DNA from: an uncultured Planctomycetaceae bacterium
GTDB lineage: Bacteria; Planctomycetota; Planctomycetia; Planctomycetales; Planctomycetaceae
Assembly: GCA_963813715.1 (NCBI GenBank)
Contig: CAWFAK010000012.1
Location: 192,001-256,000, forward strand
DNA length: 64,000 bases
Direction: 5' to 3'
Below, piece after piece: positions 11,691 through 22,421 of this stretch. Position 1 is the stretch's first letter; each line of letters starts with the position of its first letter. Position numbers and translations under genes: made by a program. Under the pieces are notes generated by a model, which did no database searches, was not told where the DNA came from, and was given only the letters and a program-made list of their open reading frames with translations.

Positions 11691-12501
11691 ATGTCCAGCG
11701 GTCGAAATAGTCGTCTTCACGCGACTGCCTTTCTTCGCGCGACGCGGTTGGCTGTCTTCTCATTCGCGGCGCTTGCTTTTGCTTCCGAGGGCCCAGGCCG
11801 GGATCCGGAGGATTCGTCGAAGTGGGTCGAGATGAGCGTCGACCAGAACGCCGATTACTGGCAGAGAGCCAACTGGTCGTCCGATGAATGGGTCGTCTAC
11901 TTACGCGAGGGCCGGCCGAGTGTGCGTACCCAAAAGAGAAGCGAGGACGATCGAGGCAAGCTACCGTTCGCGGTCGCGAAAGGCTTCCGCAATGTGCAGG
12001 TCGCCAAAGTTGCCGACGGATGGATCGTTGCTTCTAACTACGGCGAATTCGGGGCCGAGCTCTGGTGGTTTTCCCCGGAAGGGAAGAGCCGTTATCAGAT
12101 TTCACGAGAGCACGTCCGCGGCTTTCTACAAAACGATCGCGAGCTGTTTGCGTTAGAGGGACTTGCCCACAAGGGCATTGACCGGGGTCAAGTTCTTCGC
12201 ATCGTCCGTGGCTCAAACGGCAAATGGAGGTCCGAACGAGTGGTGGATCTGGGAAGTGAGCCGGGCGCGGCAACGCGAGACAAGGACGGCTCGTTGATCA
12301 TCGTCACCAACACGCGACTGGTCCGTGTCCGCGTTGGAAAGCCAGTGGAAACGCTGCTGGACGATATGTTCTGGGATGGCCTTTATCCCAACTCGATCGT
12401 CGTTGATAGCTCCGGCACCGTCTATATCGGAATGCGGAAGGGTGTCGCGAAGGCGACGCTCAAGGGAACCAAGACGCTGTCTCTGGTTAGTTCCCAAGTA
12501 G
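11691..12501 (+). CDS. Exported hypothetical protein (probable frameshift just before the stop)
   Basis: Signal-like N-terminus; NYGEFGAELWWFS, ALEGLAH, GLYPNSIV; alternative-frame end WLVPK* at 12501 avoids overlap with the CDGSH gene. Confidence 0.6.
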
Positions 12502-12532
12502 GATGCTCTATTTGCGTGAAACCTGCCGCCGG

Positions 12533-12759
12533 CTATTGCGGCTCAGCCGGCTTCGGCACGGCGCGCTCAGCGGCAGCGAATCCGCACGCTTTGTGCTGGC
12601 CGTCGCAAAATGGTTTGTTCTGCGACTGGCCGCAACGGCACAGGGCGACCGTCTCTTTGCCGGCGATGTCGAATTGATTCCCGTCGGGGTCGACCAGGGT
12701 GATCGGGCCGGTGACCAGCAGCGGGCCGTTTTGCGCGTGCGAATCGAGACGTCGGGCAT
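12533..12759 (-). CDS. CDGSH iron-sulfur domain protein (frameshift near 12730)
   Basis: Reconstructed MPDVSIRTRK-GPLLVTGPITLVDPDG…ALCRCGQSQNKPFCDGQHKACGF; absent from the ORF track. Confidence 0.88.
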
Positions 12760-12927
12760 TTTCGAGAATCCTGCAGACGAGCGGGGGAAGAACGCCGCCG
12801 GGGCGGACGGCTCGAACATAACGGTGCCATTTTGCAAACGCAATCGCTGTCCATTAAGCTTCCGTTCACGCCTGGCTCGCGGTCAGGCGCGGGCATCATT
12901 CGCGAACGACTTGTTGAAGGACTCGCT

Positions 12928-13842
12928 GTGACCGCGCGCGACGATCTCCTCGGCGAGCTGCGCTGGAAAAAATTTCCCGTGCTCGACGATGGCTTTGTCT
13001 GCCTCGTCGATGTGATGGGCGACGACGGTTCGGTTGTGCAGGCGGCCCGCGTCAGCTACGGCGAGGGGACCAAGCGCGTCTCCGACGACCGCACGCTGAT
13101 CCGCTACTTGATGCGGCACCGTCACACCACGCCCTTCGAGATGGCGGAGATCAAGCTGCTCGTCCGCGTGCCGATGGATTGCTGGCGGCAATGGATTCGC
13201 CACCGCACGGCGTCTGTCAACGAGTACAGCACCCGCTACTCGATCGCCATCGATTCGGCCCAGGCCACGCCCGCCGATCAGTGGCGGAGCCAGGCCCAAA
13301 CGAACCGGCAGGGGAGCGGCGAGTTGTTGCCCGCCGAGCTTGGCCAGCAACTCACCGAGGCCGAGCAACGATTGCAGGAAGAATGTCGCCGCGTCTACCA
13401 GGAGCGACTCGATCGCGGCGTGGCCCGCGAGCAGGCTCGCAAGGACCTGCCGCTGGCGACCTACACCGAGGCCTACTGGAAGGTCGACCTGCACAATCTG
13501 CTCAACTTTCTAGTGTTGCGGATGGACGCGCATGCCCAGCAGGAAATCCGCGATTACGCTTGCGCCATCGGCGAGCGAATCGTGGCCCCACTCTTCCCCG
13601 TCGTCTGGGAGGCTTTTTGCGACTACCGCCGCGAGTCGATGGAATTGACGCGGCTCGACCTGGCGGTCATTCAGCGGCTGCTGGCCGCCGGAGGGACTGC
13701 CGGGACCGCACCTCCGTACGATCAGACGACCTTTCTGGCCGTGCAGGACGAATCCTGGAGGTCGCTCAGCCGCAGTCGGGAGCGGGAGGAATGTGCGGCC
13801 AAGCTGCGGCGCCTGGGCCTCCTGGCCGACGAGCCGAGCTGA
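12928..13842 (+). CDS. thyX: FAD-dependent thymidylate synthase
   Basis: AARVSYG, HTTPFEM, RQWIRHRTASVNEYSTRYS, AREQARKDLP, LRMDAHAQQEIR; GTG start after GAAGG. Confidence 0.95.
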   Translation: MTARDDLLGELRWKKFPVLDDGFVCLVDVMGDDGSVVQAARVSYGEGTKRVSDDRTLIRYLMRHRHTTPFEMAEIKLLVRVPMDCWRQWIRHRTASVNEYSTRYSIAIDSAQATPADQWRSQAQTNRQGSGELLPAELGQQLTEAEQRLQEECRRVYQERLDRGVAREQARKDLPLATYTEAYWKVDLHNLLNFLVLRMDAHAQQEIRDYACAIGERIVAPLFPVVWEAFCDYRRESMELTRLDLAVIQRLLAAGGTAGTAPPYDQTTFLAVQDESWRSLSRSREREECAAKLRRLGLLADEPS

Positions 13843-14128
13843 CCAGCGGCCTCCAACGATCGGTCGCGGCACGGTTTGCATGGTTCCGGGGTTCTTGGTA
13901 CTCTAACGGTCCAATTGGGGTGGTCTGCGCTGTTTCTGAGCGCCGACAGCCGTCCGGTCCACACCCGGACTCGCGCTCGACTGGCCCTGCTTTTGCCAGT
14001 CGACCTGGCTGCGGCCCAGAGTGACCTGGCGGACTCCTGCGCGGGAGCCGCATGCAGGTGACTCACCAGCACGGTGATTCAAGTGCACCGCCACCGTTAC
14101 CGACATTCAGAGTCACAGGAGGAAATTC

Positions 14129-14326
14129 GTGGTCAAGCTGCGTCTGCGCGAGCATGAATCGATTTCGGATGCTGTGAAGAGATTTCGTAAGCTGGTGGAA
14201 CACGCGGGGATCAAAAAAGAGATGCGCCGCCGCGAGTATTACGAAAAGCCCAGCGACCAGCGCCGCCGCGCCCGCCGTCGGGCCGAACGCCGCGCCCGGA
14301 TGCTGCGAATGCCTGTCAGCCAGTAA
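14129..14326 (+). CDS. rpsU: 30S ribosomal protein S21
   Basis: [12 protein letters not shown]…[22 protein letters not shown]. Confidence 0.95.
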   Translation: MVKLRLREHESISDAVKRFRKLVEHAGIKKEMRRREYYEKPSDQRRRARRRAERRARMLRMPVSQ

Positions 14327-14403
14327 ACCAGCCTGGCGATAATTGCGACTGCGTGAATGCAAGCGGGCTCCGCCCTGCAGTCGCGCCTTTGAAGCAAACA
14401 AAC

Positions 14404-14439
14404 AAAAACCCCCGGCTTAACCACGTCGGGGGATTTTTT
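14404..14439. terminator. Bidirectional intrinsic terminator
   Basis: AAAAA-CCCCCGGC-loop-GTCGGGGG-ATTTTTT between convergent genes. Confidence 0.75.
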
Positions 14440-14470
14440 GTCTTCGTAATGAGCCTGCGAACGCCGGCGT

Positions 14471-14836
14471 TTACTTCGACGCCGCGGCTTCGACCGGCTT
14501 GGCCGGCGGAATGATGGTCTCTTTGATCGCCTGGATGAAGAAAATCTTCTTGGGCGACTTCAGCTTCAATTGCTGCACCTTCTCCTCGGCCGACTCCCGC
14601 GCGTCGTAGGCGAAGCGCCCTTCTTCTTTCATGCTGCCGTTGTAGACGGCCCACATCAGCCGCTTCCGCTCGGCGACCTTGGTCTTGGTGCGGCGGGTTG
14701 ACGGCTTCTTCGTGCCGTCCTTGCTTTTGACCTTCTTCTTGGCGGTCTTTTCGCCCTTTTCGCCGGACGAATCGGCCTCGCCGGCGGCTTCGACTTGTCG
14801 CCGCAATTCCAACCGACTGGGAGTCTTCCGCGCCAT
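14471..14836 (-). CDS. Basic hypothetical protein
   Basis: 121 aa, Lys-rich N-half, RKRLMWAVYNGSMKEEGRFAY; GAGG RBS. Confidence 0.75.
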   Translation of the reverse strand: MARKTPSRLELRRQVEAAGEADSSGEKGEKTAKKKVKSKDGTKKPSTRRTKTKVAERKRLMWAVYNGSMKEEGRFAYDARESAEEKVQQLKLKSPKKIFFIQAIKETIIPPAKPVEAAASK

Positions 14837-15292
14837 CTCTTAAATCCTCAGCTCTCTTGATTCGCGCCCCGCACTGAATGAGGGGCGGCGTGAAATTCTC
14901 GCTTTGCCGCTCGTCGCCATTTTCCCGGGTTGCAATCGACGTCTGGCTGCCCCGAATGCACGGCCCAAACGCACGGCCGACCGGCCAACGGCAGAAGATA
15001 ACAGATGGATTTCGCGGCGGCCATTGAGCGGCAGGAAGTGCCGAAACATATGGCGCGGCGCGGTTCGCCAATGGAATAAGGGACCTATCAATGCCTTCCT
15101 CCGCGTTGCGGCTCCGGTTCCGAGCCGAATTTGCCCCTCGATTCCGGGTCAATTTCCTTGAGTGGAACGATCGTTTCGTCCGAAAAAAGCAGAATAGTTT
15201 ATCTAATCAGGCCAACCGGACCGATCAATATAACCGCGGGAGTCCTCCCAAGACCGGCTCCCACGGTCCATGTACGTTAAGGAGAGCACTCG

Positions 15293-16363
15293 ATGCGTAG
15301 GTACCCGAAATGGGTGTTGACCCTGGGAATCGTGGCGGTGACTCCTGGTCTGTCGATGGCCGCCTTCCCGTTCGGGAGCGACACCGACGCCAGCTCTTCC
15401 ACGGCGACTCCGCCGCGTTCCAGCCGTAACCAAAAAGTGGCCGAGGACATTGCTGTCGCCCTCAAGCGGGCTCAGTTCCACGGCTACGAGATCGAAATCG
15501 AATACAAAGATGGCGTGGCCATTCTGACCGGAAAGGTCTCCGACCCCCGGCAGAAGATGAAGGCCAACCAGGTCGTCAACGCCGTACCCGGCGTGCATCG
15601 CCTGGAAAACCGACTCTCGGTGATCACCGCCTCGCGCGGGCCGATCCGACAGGCGTCGGCCGATTCCGAGGTCACTGCTCAGCCCGCCATGCAGGCTGGC
15701 GGAGCGGCTCCGGCCGGCCCCGGCAACCAGGAAAAGGCCATGCTGATCGGCCGTGCTCTCGAAGCCGGCGGTCTCAGCGGGTATGACATCGAAATCCTGT
15801 TCCAGAACGGTCAGGCCGTGCTTCGCGGCACGGTCGCGACGCCGCAGCAGGTGGCCGTCGCGGGAAACATTGCTCAGTCGGTGCCGGGCGTCCAATCGGT
15901 CGCCAACCAGCTCCGACTCGGTCAGCCTCAGGGTCAACCTCCTGCCGGTGCGCGTTACGCGATGGCCGGATACCAGGCGGGTCCCGGTGCTCCGATGACT
16001 CCGGGCGTTGCTCCGGGAATTCCCGGTCCGGGTGGACCGGCTCCTTCCGCTGGTCCGGGCGGTCCGCTGGGAGCTCCGATTCCGGCGACGGGCCCGGTGC
16101 CCGCTGGCCCGGTCTACGACAACCCGAACATCCCCGAGTACGCCTGGCCGACGTACGCCCAACATCCGAACTACGCCGCTGTGACCTACCCGAGCCAATA
16201 CAGTGCTTCGGCATGGCCTTACATCGGACCGTTCTATCCGTATCCTCAGGTGCCGCTCAACTGGCGTAAGGTCAGCCTCGAGTGGTCGGACGGCCACTGG
16301 GATCTCAAGTTTGACTCCCGGACCGATCGCTGGTGGTGGTTCCTGAATCCGGTCAACTGGTGA
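15293..16363 (+). CDS. Exported protein with two BON domains and a Pro/Tyr-rich tail
   Basis: AAGGAG RBS; signal peptide; two GxAxLxGxV…VPGVxxxxNxL BON repeats; PYIGPFYPYPQVPLNWRKVSLEW tail. Confidence 0.85.
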   Translation: MRRYPKWVLTLGIVAVTPGLSMAAFPFGSDTDASSSTATPPRSSRNQKVAEDIAVALKRAQFHGYEIEIEYKDGVAILTGKVSDPRQKMKANQVVNAVPGVHRLENRLSVITASRGPIRQASADSEVTAQPAMQAGGAAPAGPGNQEKAMLIGRALEAGGLSGYDIEILFQNGQAVLRGTVATPQQVAVAGNIAQSVPGVQSVANQLRLGQPQGQPPAGARYAMAGYQAGPGAPMTPGVAPGIPGPGGPAPSAGPGGPLGAPIPATGPVPAGPVYDNPNIPEYAWPTYAQHPNYAAVTYPSQYSASAWPYIGPFYPYPQVPLNWRKVSLEWSDGHWDLKFDSRTDRWWWFLNPVNW

Positions 16364-16673
16364 GCGGTTGCCGGCACAGCACACAGGGCGTCTTCGAGGT
16401 GCAGGCCTCGAAGACGCCCATGTCTTTTGAGCGTCCCGATTTCCGATTCGCGTGCTGAGTGCGTGTGACACCTGTCCGGATCGTCGGATTTTTCGTCAGA
16501 AGCGGAAAATTCGCAAAAGTCCACGTCACTTAACACTCGATAAGTAAGAGGCAGCCTTCAGAGCCGAAGGCGTTCGTGCGACTGCCACAACACCAGTCGC
16601 CAACAACGATTTCGCAAACGACATCCAACGCAACAAACCCTCGTTGGCTCGGCATCACCCGAAGGGGAACAGA

Positions 16674-17261
16674 ATGCCCTACGTGAGAAAACATGCAAAG
16701 CGAATCGCCCTCATCATCGCCCTGTGCGTGATGACGGTGCCGAGCAGCGGCTGCACCCTGTTCACCGGGTTCCTGAGTGCCACGTGGGGCTGGATGTGCT
16801 TCTGGGAAACCAGTCCGCTGATTCCAGTCTCGCCGTACTGGAGCCAGCTCATCGAGGACCGCTATCACTGGGAACAGCGCTACGCCAAAGTCCCCGTGCT
16901 CGATCCGGTGGAAGGCGAACACGCTCCCTTGTTCTGTCTCGATCCGCCGTCGCCCGACGAAGTCATGCGGTCCTTGCCTGACGACACGTCCGGCAGCGTT
17001 TACTTCCTCGCGGAAACCCATCGCAACAACGTGCGGATCGTCGTCGAGAACATCGTCGACAGCATCGGCGAGTGCCGCATGTATCCGCTGGTCGGCCCGT
17101 GCAAGTTGAAGAAGTGCCACTACAAATGCACGGTCTACTTCGACAAGCTGATCCGCTCCGACTGGCCGATCCCCTTCTCGAACAACCACCCGACGCAGGA
17201 AGTGGTCTACGTCGACCACGATCACCTGATCCGCTGTGCGGGCCCGGATACTCAGCAGTAG
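16674..17261 (+). CDS. Conserved hypothetical protein, lipoprotein-like
   Basis: Hydrophobic N-terminus ending PSSGC; LDPPSPDEVMR, YPLVGP…HYKCTVYF, EVVYVDHDHL. Confidence 0.75.
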   Translation: MPYVRKHAKRIALIIALCVMTVPSSGCTLFTGFLSATWGWMCFWETSPLIPVSPYWSQLIEDRYHWEQRYAKVPVLDPVEGEHAPLFCLDPPSPDEVMRSLPDDTSGSVYFLAETHRNNVRIVVENIVDSIGECRMYPLVGPCKLKKCHYKCTVYFDKLIRSDWPIPFSNNHPTQEVVYVDHDHLIRCAGPDTQQ

Positions 17262-17323
17262 TCCGCACTCAGCAGCAGTCGCACACTCAGCAGTTAGTCG
17301 GACACTTAGCAAACACTCAACAG
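17250..17323 (+). repeat. Short degenerate tandem repeat (ACTCAGCA x5)
   Basis: actcagcag / actcagcag / actcagcag / acttagca / actcaacag at 11-19 nt spacing, spanning the stop codon. Confidence 0.6.
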
Positions 17324-17474
17324 GAGTGACAGCGGGAGGTAGCCCGAGACTTCTCGCCTCAGGCCGCGAACCTCCAATCCCAAAAAGAGATTCGCAAAAA
17401 ATTTCCGGTGGCGTGCTCGGTTCGAGGGTCCGAGCAAATGCTGCCGGAAATTTTTTGCGCACCGCGCAGTCACG

Positions 17475-18909
17475 GGCCAGGCGAGCCGACTGCGTTAGCT
17501 GTCGGGTGCTTCGGCATCCTCCCGAGAGTTTTCTCCGGCCTTTTCCCGGTGAAACAACTTGTCCCGTCCCGATCCCGTCCCAATGGTCCCGCGGAATGGC
17601 GACCGGGGTGGGTCAACTACTTCGCTGGGTCAACTACCCAGTGAAACAAAGTGTCCCGACCCACCGGCCAACCTCTTTCCACTCCCGATATTCTTCGAAC
17701 TTCTCTCGATGAAACAACGTGTCCCATCCCGTTCTTCTCCAGCCCCAACGGGGCGCGACAGCTATAGCCTGGGTCGGAGCGCAGCGCAGGCCCAGGATCC
17801 CGAGATCCCAATCCACATCCAATCGTCCCCCCTCCCCCCGTATCAGTCCGCGCCGGCACTTACCGCCGAAGCGGCGGACGCCGACAAGCCGGAGAGGGGC
17901 CGGGCGTGAGGGGGCTTTCGCACAACTGGACCAGGCTGAGGGAAGATTTCTCCGGGCTTTTCTCGGTAGAACAACGTGTCCCGTCCCGACTGAACCGAAT
18001 CCGGATGTCTAACCACCAAGCCACCAAGCACCAAGCACCAAGGGGACGCTAAGCTCAGCGGACTTTGCCTGCCTTGGTGATCTTGGTGGCTTGGTGGTTC
18101 AAATCCGTCCCTGATTGATCGTTGGGACCGGATCGCGAACTATCCCGTCCCACCGGCCAATGCCTTTCCACCCTTCCTCCTCACTCTTCCCCCAACGCGC
18201 CCGGCCCTGGCGGGCCGACTGCGTCAGCTGTCGGGTGCTTCGGTCTTCCCGAGAGTTTCTCCGGGCTTTTCTGCGTAAAACAACTTGTCCCGTCCCGCTC
18301 GGAGGGGAGTCTTTCACCACAAAGACACTAAGGCACGAGTAAAGCCTACTCAGGTAATCCCGACTCAGCGGATCGGATTTCTTGGTGTCCTTGGTGTCTT
18401 TGTGGTGACAAATCTTCGGTCTTGTCCCGCGTGTCCCGTCCCGCTGGTCTGAATCAATCCCGTCCCAACGTGTCCTGGGCCCACTTCGGCGGTTTGCCCC
18501 GGTGAAACAACGAGTCCCGTCCCGCGTCCCGAGCCGGCGGCAGAACGAAAGGCACCGGCTTACTGCGTGCGCGGCTCCCTAAGAGGGTCCCGATTGCCGG
18601 GCCGGATCGCCACTCAACGGATCGACACTGACCGGTGGGACTCTCGTCGGTGGGTCCACACCCCTTATATCAATTGTGAGAGACCCGTCCCGGCGGGACC
18701 ACTTTAGGCGGACCCGGCGGGTCAACGTGTCCCGGCGCGCCGGGGATCTTTTGCTCCCTCGATCCTCTATGTGAAAAAAGGATCCCCACCCCGCCGGGGG
18801 ATCCTTTTTCGTCCTCGCGGGGCGCCCTCCACGCGCACAAAACCGCTCGCGCCGAGATCCGCTCTCTCCATTCAGCCACAAAACCGAGATTCGTCCAAGA
18901 TCAGTTTCC
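17475..18909 (+). repeat. Mosaic intergenic element, copy B (motif array 17475-18535 plus core 18587-18909)
   Basis: (GT)GAAACAACxTGTCCCGTCCC-type motifs at about 17549, 17641, 17710, 17966, 18276, 18502; palindromic doublets between them; core nearly identical to 43738-44054. Confidence 0.9.
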
Positions 18910-19083
18910 TCCGAATCCTCGCTAAGAACCTGGGGAGGTGTTTGATCCCTCTCCCATTCAGATGGGAGAAGCAGTGCCCTCGTCACCATTCCCTCCCTCC
19001 CTCCCTCCCTCGCCTGGAGGATTCGGGCGTATTGCAGCACGGGCTTGGCACGCCGTAATCTGGCAGGATATTCGAGGTTTTGC

Positions 19084-21680
19084 ATGGAAGATCCCAGCCG
19101 TCCCGCGAGCGAGCTGCCACCGTCACCGGCCGCAACGGTGATCGGTAATGATCCGTCTCAGCTAATCGGGGCCGTCATTGGGCCCTACAAGCTCATCGAG
19201 CAAATCGGACAAGGAGGATTTGGCCTCGTTTTCGTTGCCGAGCAGCAGAAGCCTGTCAAACGCCGGGTGGCCCTCAAGGTCATCAAACCGGGGATGGACA
19301 CGCATGACGTGATCAAGCGCTTCGAGGCCGAACGGCAAGCGCTGGCTCTCATGGACCATCCCAACATTGCGCGGGTCCTCGATGCCGGCGCGACAGCTTC
19401 GGGTCGACCGTATTTTGTGATGGAGCTGGTCCACGGCATCCCCATCACGGATTACTGCGACAAGAATCGATTGACCTTGCGCCAGCGCCTCGAGCTGTTC
19501 GTATCCGTTTGCCAGGCCGTTCAGCACGCCCACCAGAAAGGGATCATTCACCGCGACATCAAACCGTCGAACGTGCTGGTGACGGTGCACGATCGTCGGC
19601 CGCTGGTGAAAGTGATCGACTTCGGCGTCGCCAAAGCGCTCCATCAACCGCTGACCGACAAGACGATTTACACGCGTTTTGCGCAGATGGTGGGCACGCC
19701 GCTCTACATGAGCCCCGAGCAGGCGGAGATGACCGGCCTCGACATCGACACGCGCAGCGACATCTATTCGCTGGGGGTGCTCTTGTACGAGCTTTTAACG
19801 GGGACCACCCCATTTGACAGGAAGCGACTGTCGCAGGTCGCCTACGACGAGCTGATCCGCATTATTCGCGACGAAGAACCACCTCGGCCGAGCACGCGGC
19901 TTTCTCGATCGACAGAAACGCTCTCCGCTGTCGCAGCGCACGCAGGACCGAACCGGCGCGGCTCTCGAGGATGTTCCGCGGAGACCTCGACTGGATCACG
20001 ATGAAGGCGCTCGAGAAGGATCGCACGCGGCGCTACGAGACAGCCAATGGTCTGGCGCGAGACGTCGAGCGCGTACTTGCGCGAGGAGCCGGTGGAAGCA
20101 GGTCCGCCTGGAGCCCGCTATCGACTGAGAAAACTGGCCCGGAAGCACCGAACGGCCCTAGGTGTGGTCGGGCTATTTGTGGCGCTCCTGTTAATCTCAG
20201 TCGGCGTGAGCACCTGGCAAGCGGTTCGCGCGAGGAGGGCCGAACGGGAAGCCGTGGCGGAGCGCGACCGAGCTGAGGCTAGCTTCAAGATGGCCCGCGA
20301 TACGGTGGACCGCTTCTTCACTCAAGTCGCTGAAAGCCCAAAGCTCAAGGCGCAGGGGATGGAGAGATTCCGGAGGGACCTGCTTGCCAACGCCAAGGAC
20401 TTTTATGAGCGTTCTATCAAGGAGCAGCTCGATGCGGCAGAGGTGCGCGAGGATCTGGGGCTGGCCCATATTCGGCTGGCCAAGATTCACCAGGTGCTCG
20501 GAGAGTATGCAACGGCACAGGCTCTGTCGGAGAAGGCCATCGAGCTCTTAAGCGAGCTGGCGCGGCGCATCCGGAGGTCGCCGACTATCAGCGCGATTTG
20601 GCTGCCAGTCAATTTGAGCTGGGCTCTGTCTATTTCGACACCGGCAACTTGGACAAGGAGGCTGCCGCGTATCAGCAGGCGCTGCCCATTCAGGTAAAAT
20701 TGTGTAACGACCATCCGGAAGTGGCGGAGTATCGTCGTGCTCTGGCGACCACCCAAGACGCTTTAGGATACTTGGATCTCCGTGCCCGGCGCCTGGAAGG
20801 AGCTCAGGCTAGCCTGGAACAGGCCTTGGTGACGTGGTCCGAACTCGCGAGTGACAGCTCACATCTCCCTGAAGACAGGTATGGGCTTGCGAGGGTGCAA
20901 CAACGGCTCGGCGGGACGTATGGACGGCGGGGCCAGACGGAGAAGTCGGAAGCAAGACTGAAGGAAGCAGCGAGCACGTATCAAGGTTTGGTTCGTGACT
21001 ACCCCGACGTCCCTGAGTACCGTCATTCCCTTGCCAGTACCTACACGGAACTGGGTGCTCTTTATATCAACAATACGCGGCAACTCCAAAATGCGGACGC
21101 AGCTCATCAGAAAGCACTGCAAATTCTTGAGAAGCTGGCTGAGGAGCATCCGGATGTGTTGGAATTTACTTACGACGTGGGTCATTGCTACCACAACCTC
21201 GCGGTGGGCGAGCGGCTACAGGGCCGCTCGGACGCTGCGCTGGCCAGTCTCGACAAGGCAATCAGGATCCTGGAGCATGTCGTTAACAGGGGCTATGGTC
21301 GTGCCCGATCGGATCTCCTCAACGGACGGATTTTGCACGCCTCCGTGCTGACTGTCCGGGGCGCCCACGCGCAGGCGATTGATGAAGTCACTGAGTTAGC
21401 CAGGCAGAACGGTTTAAGCGCGGCCAACTTGTACAACATCGGCTGCGTCTTTGCCCTATCATCGGCCGCTGCCGAGAACGACACGAAACTTTCTGCCGCA
21501 GATCGAACCAGGGTAAAATCGCAATATGCCGACCGTGCCATGGAGTTTTTGCACAAGGCGGTTGCCAAAGGCTTTCAAAACGCTGCCGAGCTGAAAAGCG
21601 ATCCGGACTTTGCTCCGCTACGCTCGCGCGAGGACTTTCAAAAGCTGCTGCGAGAGGTGGAGCAGAAGAACAAGAACTAG
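19084..21680 (+). CDS. Serine/threonine protein kinase with C-terminal TPR repeats (frameshifts near 19945, 20070, 20565)
   Basis: [47 protein letters not shown] tail ending YNIGC…[17 protein letters not shown]; spread over several reading frames. Confidence 0.9.
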
Positions 21681-21740
21681 GGTCCCTCGGGTTTCGCAGA
21701 ATCACCGAAACGTGGGTACTGAACGCTGTTCGATGCAGCG

Positions 21741-21970
21741 GGTGGCATGCCCCACGGCTTGGCTTGGGCAACTCTTGCTGCAGTTCGCATGCTCACGCGG
21801 ACGTCGTGAGGCTGTCCGAGAATTCGGTGGGATCTCCGAGCCCTTTCTCACGCTTCGGGCTGTGGTGTCGCGTGCATGAACCCGACGGGTCTGACGCCGC
21901 GGATTGACTCCACAGGAACAAAGCGGACCTTCGAGGACGTGCGGTCCCCAAGCGGAGCTCGCGACCGAGG
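21741..21970 (+). repeat. Composite REP-like repeat, copy 1
   Basis: GGCATGCCCCACGGCT…GGGCA…CTCACGCTTCGGG…GTGTCGCGTGCATGAACCCGACG…GGTCCCCAAGCGGAGCT; matches 22422-22640, 42333-42495 and 44064-44145. Confidence 0.85.
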
Positions 21971-22107
21971 AAATTTGGTTAATGGATCACTAGTTCTGAT
22001 GCATCTAGCTTGGGGTCGAAGCCGGCGTACTTCCTTTGCTCGGAGCGAGCGATTAATTTCAGCATCACCAGAATCTACCCTGGCCAACTGGACTTACGAG
22101 AGCCGCC

Positions 22108-22383
22108 ATGTGCAGAAACATCAAGAACCTGTTCAACTTTGATCCGCCCGCGACTGAAGCGGAGATTCGGGACGCATCGCTCCAGTTCGTGAGAAAGATC
22201 TGTGGATTCACCAGACCGTCCAAAGCAAACGAACTTGCGTTCGAGCGCGCGGTCGAAGAAGTGACGGCATCAGCCAGAGCAGTGATTCGGTCGTTGGTCA
22301 CCACGGCTGAGCCGCGCAACCGTAAGGTTGAGTCTGAGAAACTACGGGCCCGGTCTGCCGCGAGGTTCGGGCCGAAACAATGA
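22108..22383 (+). CDS. DUF2277 family protein
   Basis: MCRNIKNLFNFDPPATEAEIRDASLQFVRKICG…SKANELAFERAV. Confidence 0.9.
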   Translation: MCRNIKNLFNFDPPATEAEIRDASLQFVRKICGFTRPSKANELAFERAVEEVTASARAVIRSLVTTAEPRNRKVESEKLRARSAARFGPKQ

Positions 22384-22421
22384 GGCTCGGTTCATCGGCG
22401 CGGCAGCATGTCCCACGGCAG

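Noticed and set aside
13843..14128. Riboswitch or leader RNA upstream of rpsU
   Set aside because: No recognisable aptamer consensus or compelling pairing pattern.
17549..18525. CRISPR array (repeats contain GTGAAAC)
   Set aside because: Repeats are degenerate, spacing varies from about 70 to 300 nt, the intervening blocks recur at other loci, and no cas genes are present.
19940..20580. Programmed frameshifting in the kinase gene
   Set aside because: No slippery heptamer or stimulatory structure at the breaks, and similar indels occur throughout the window.
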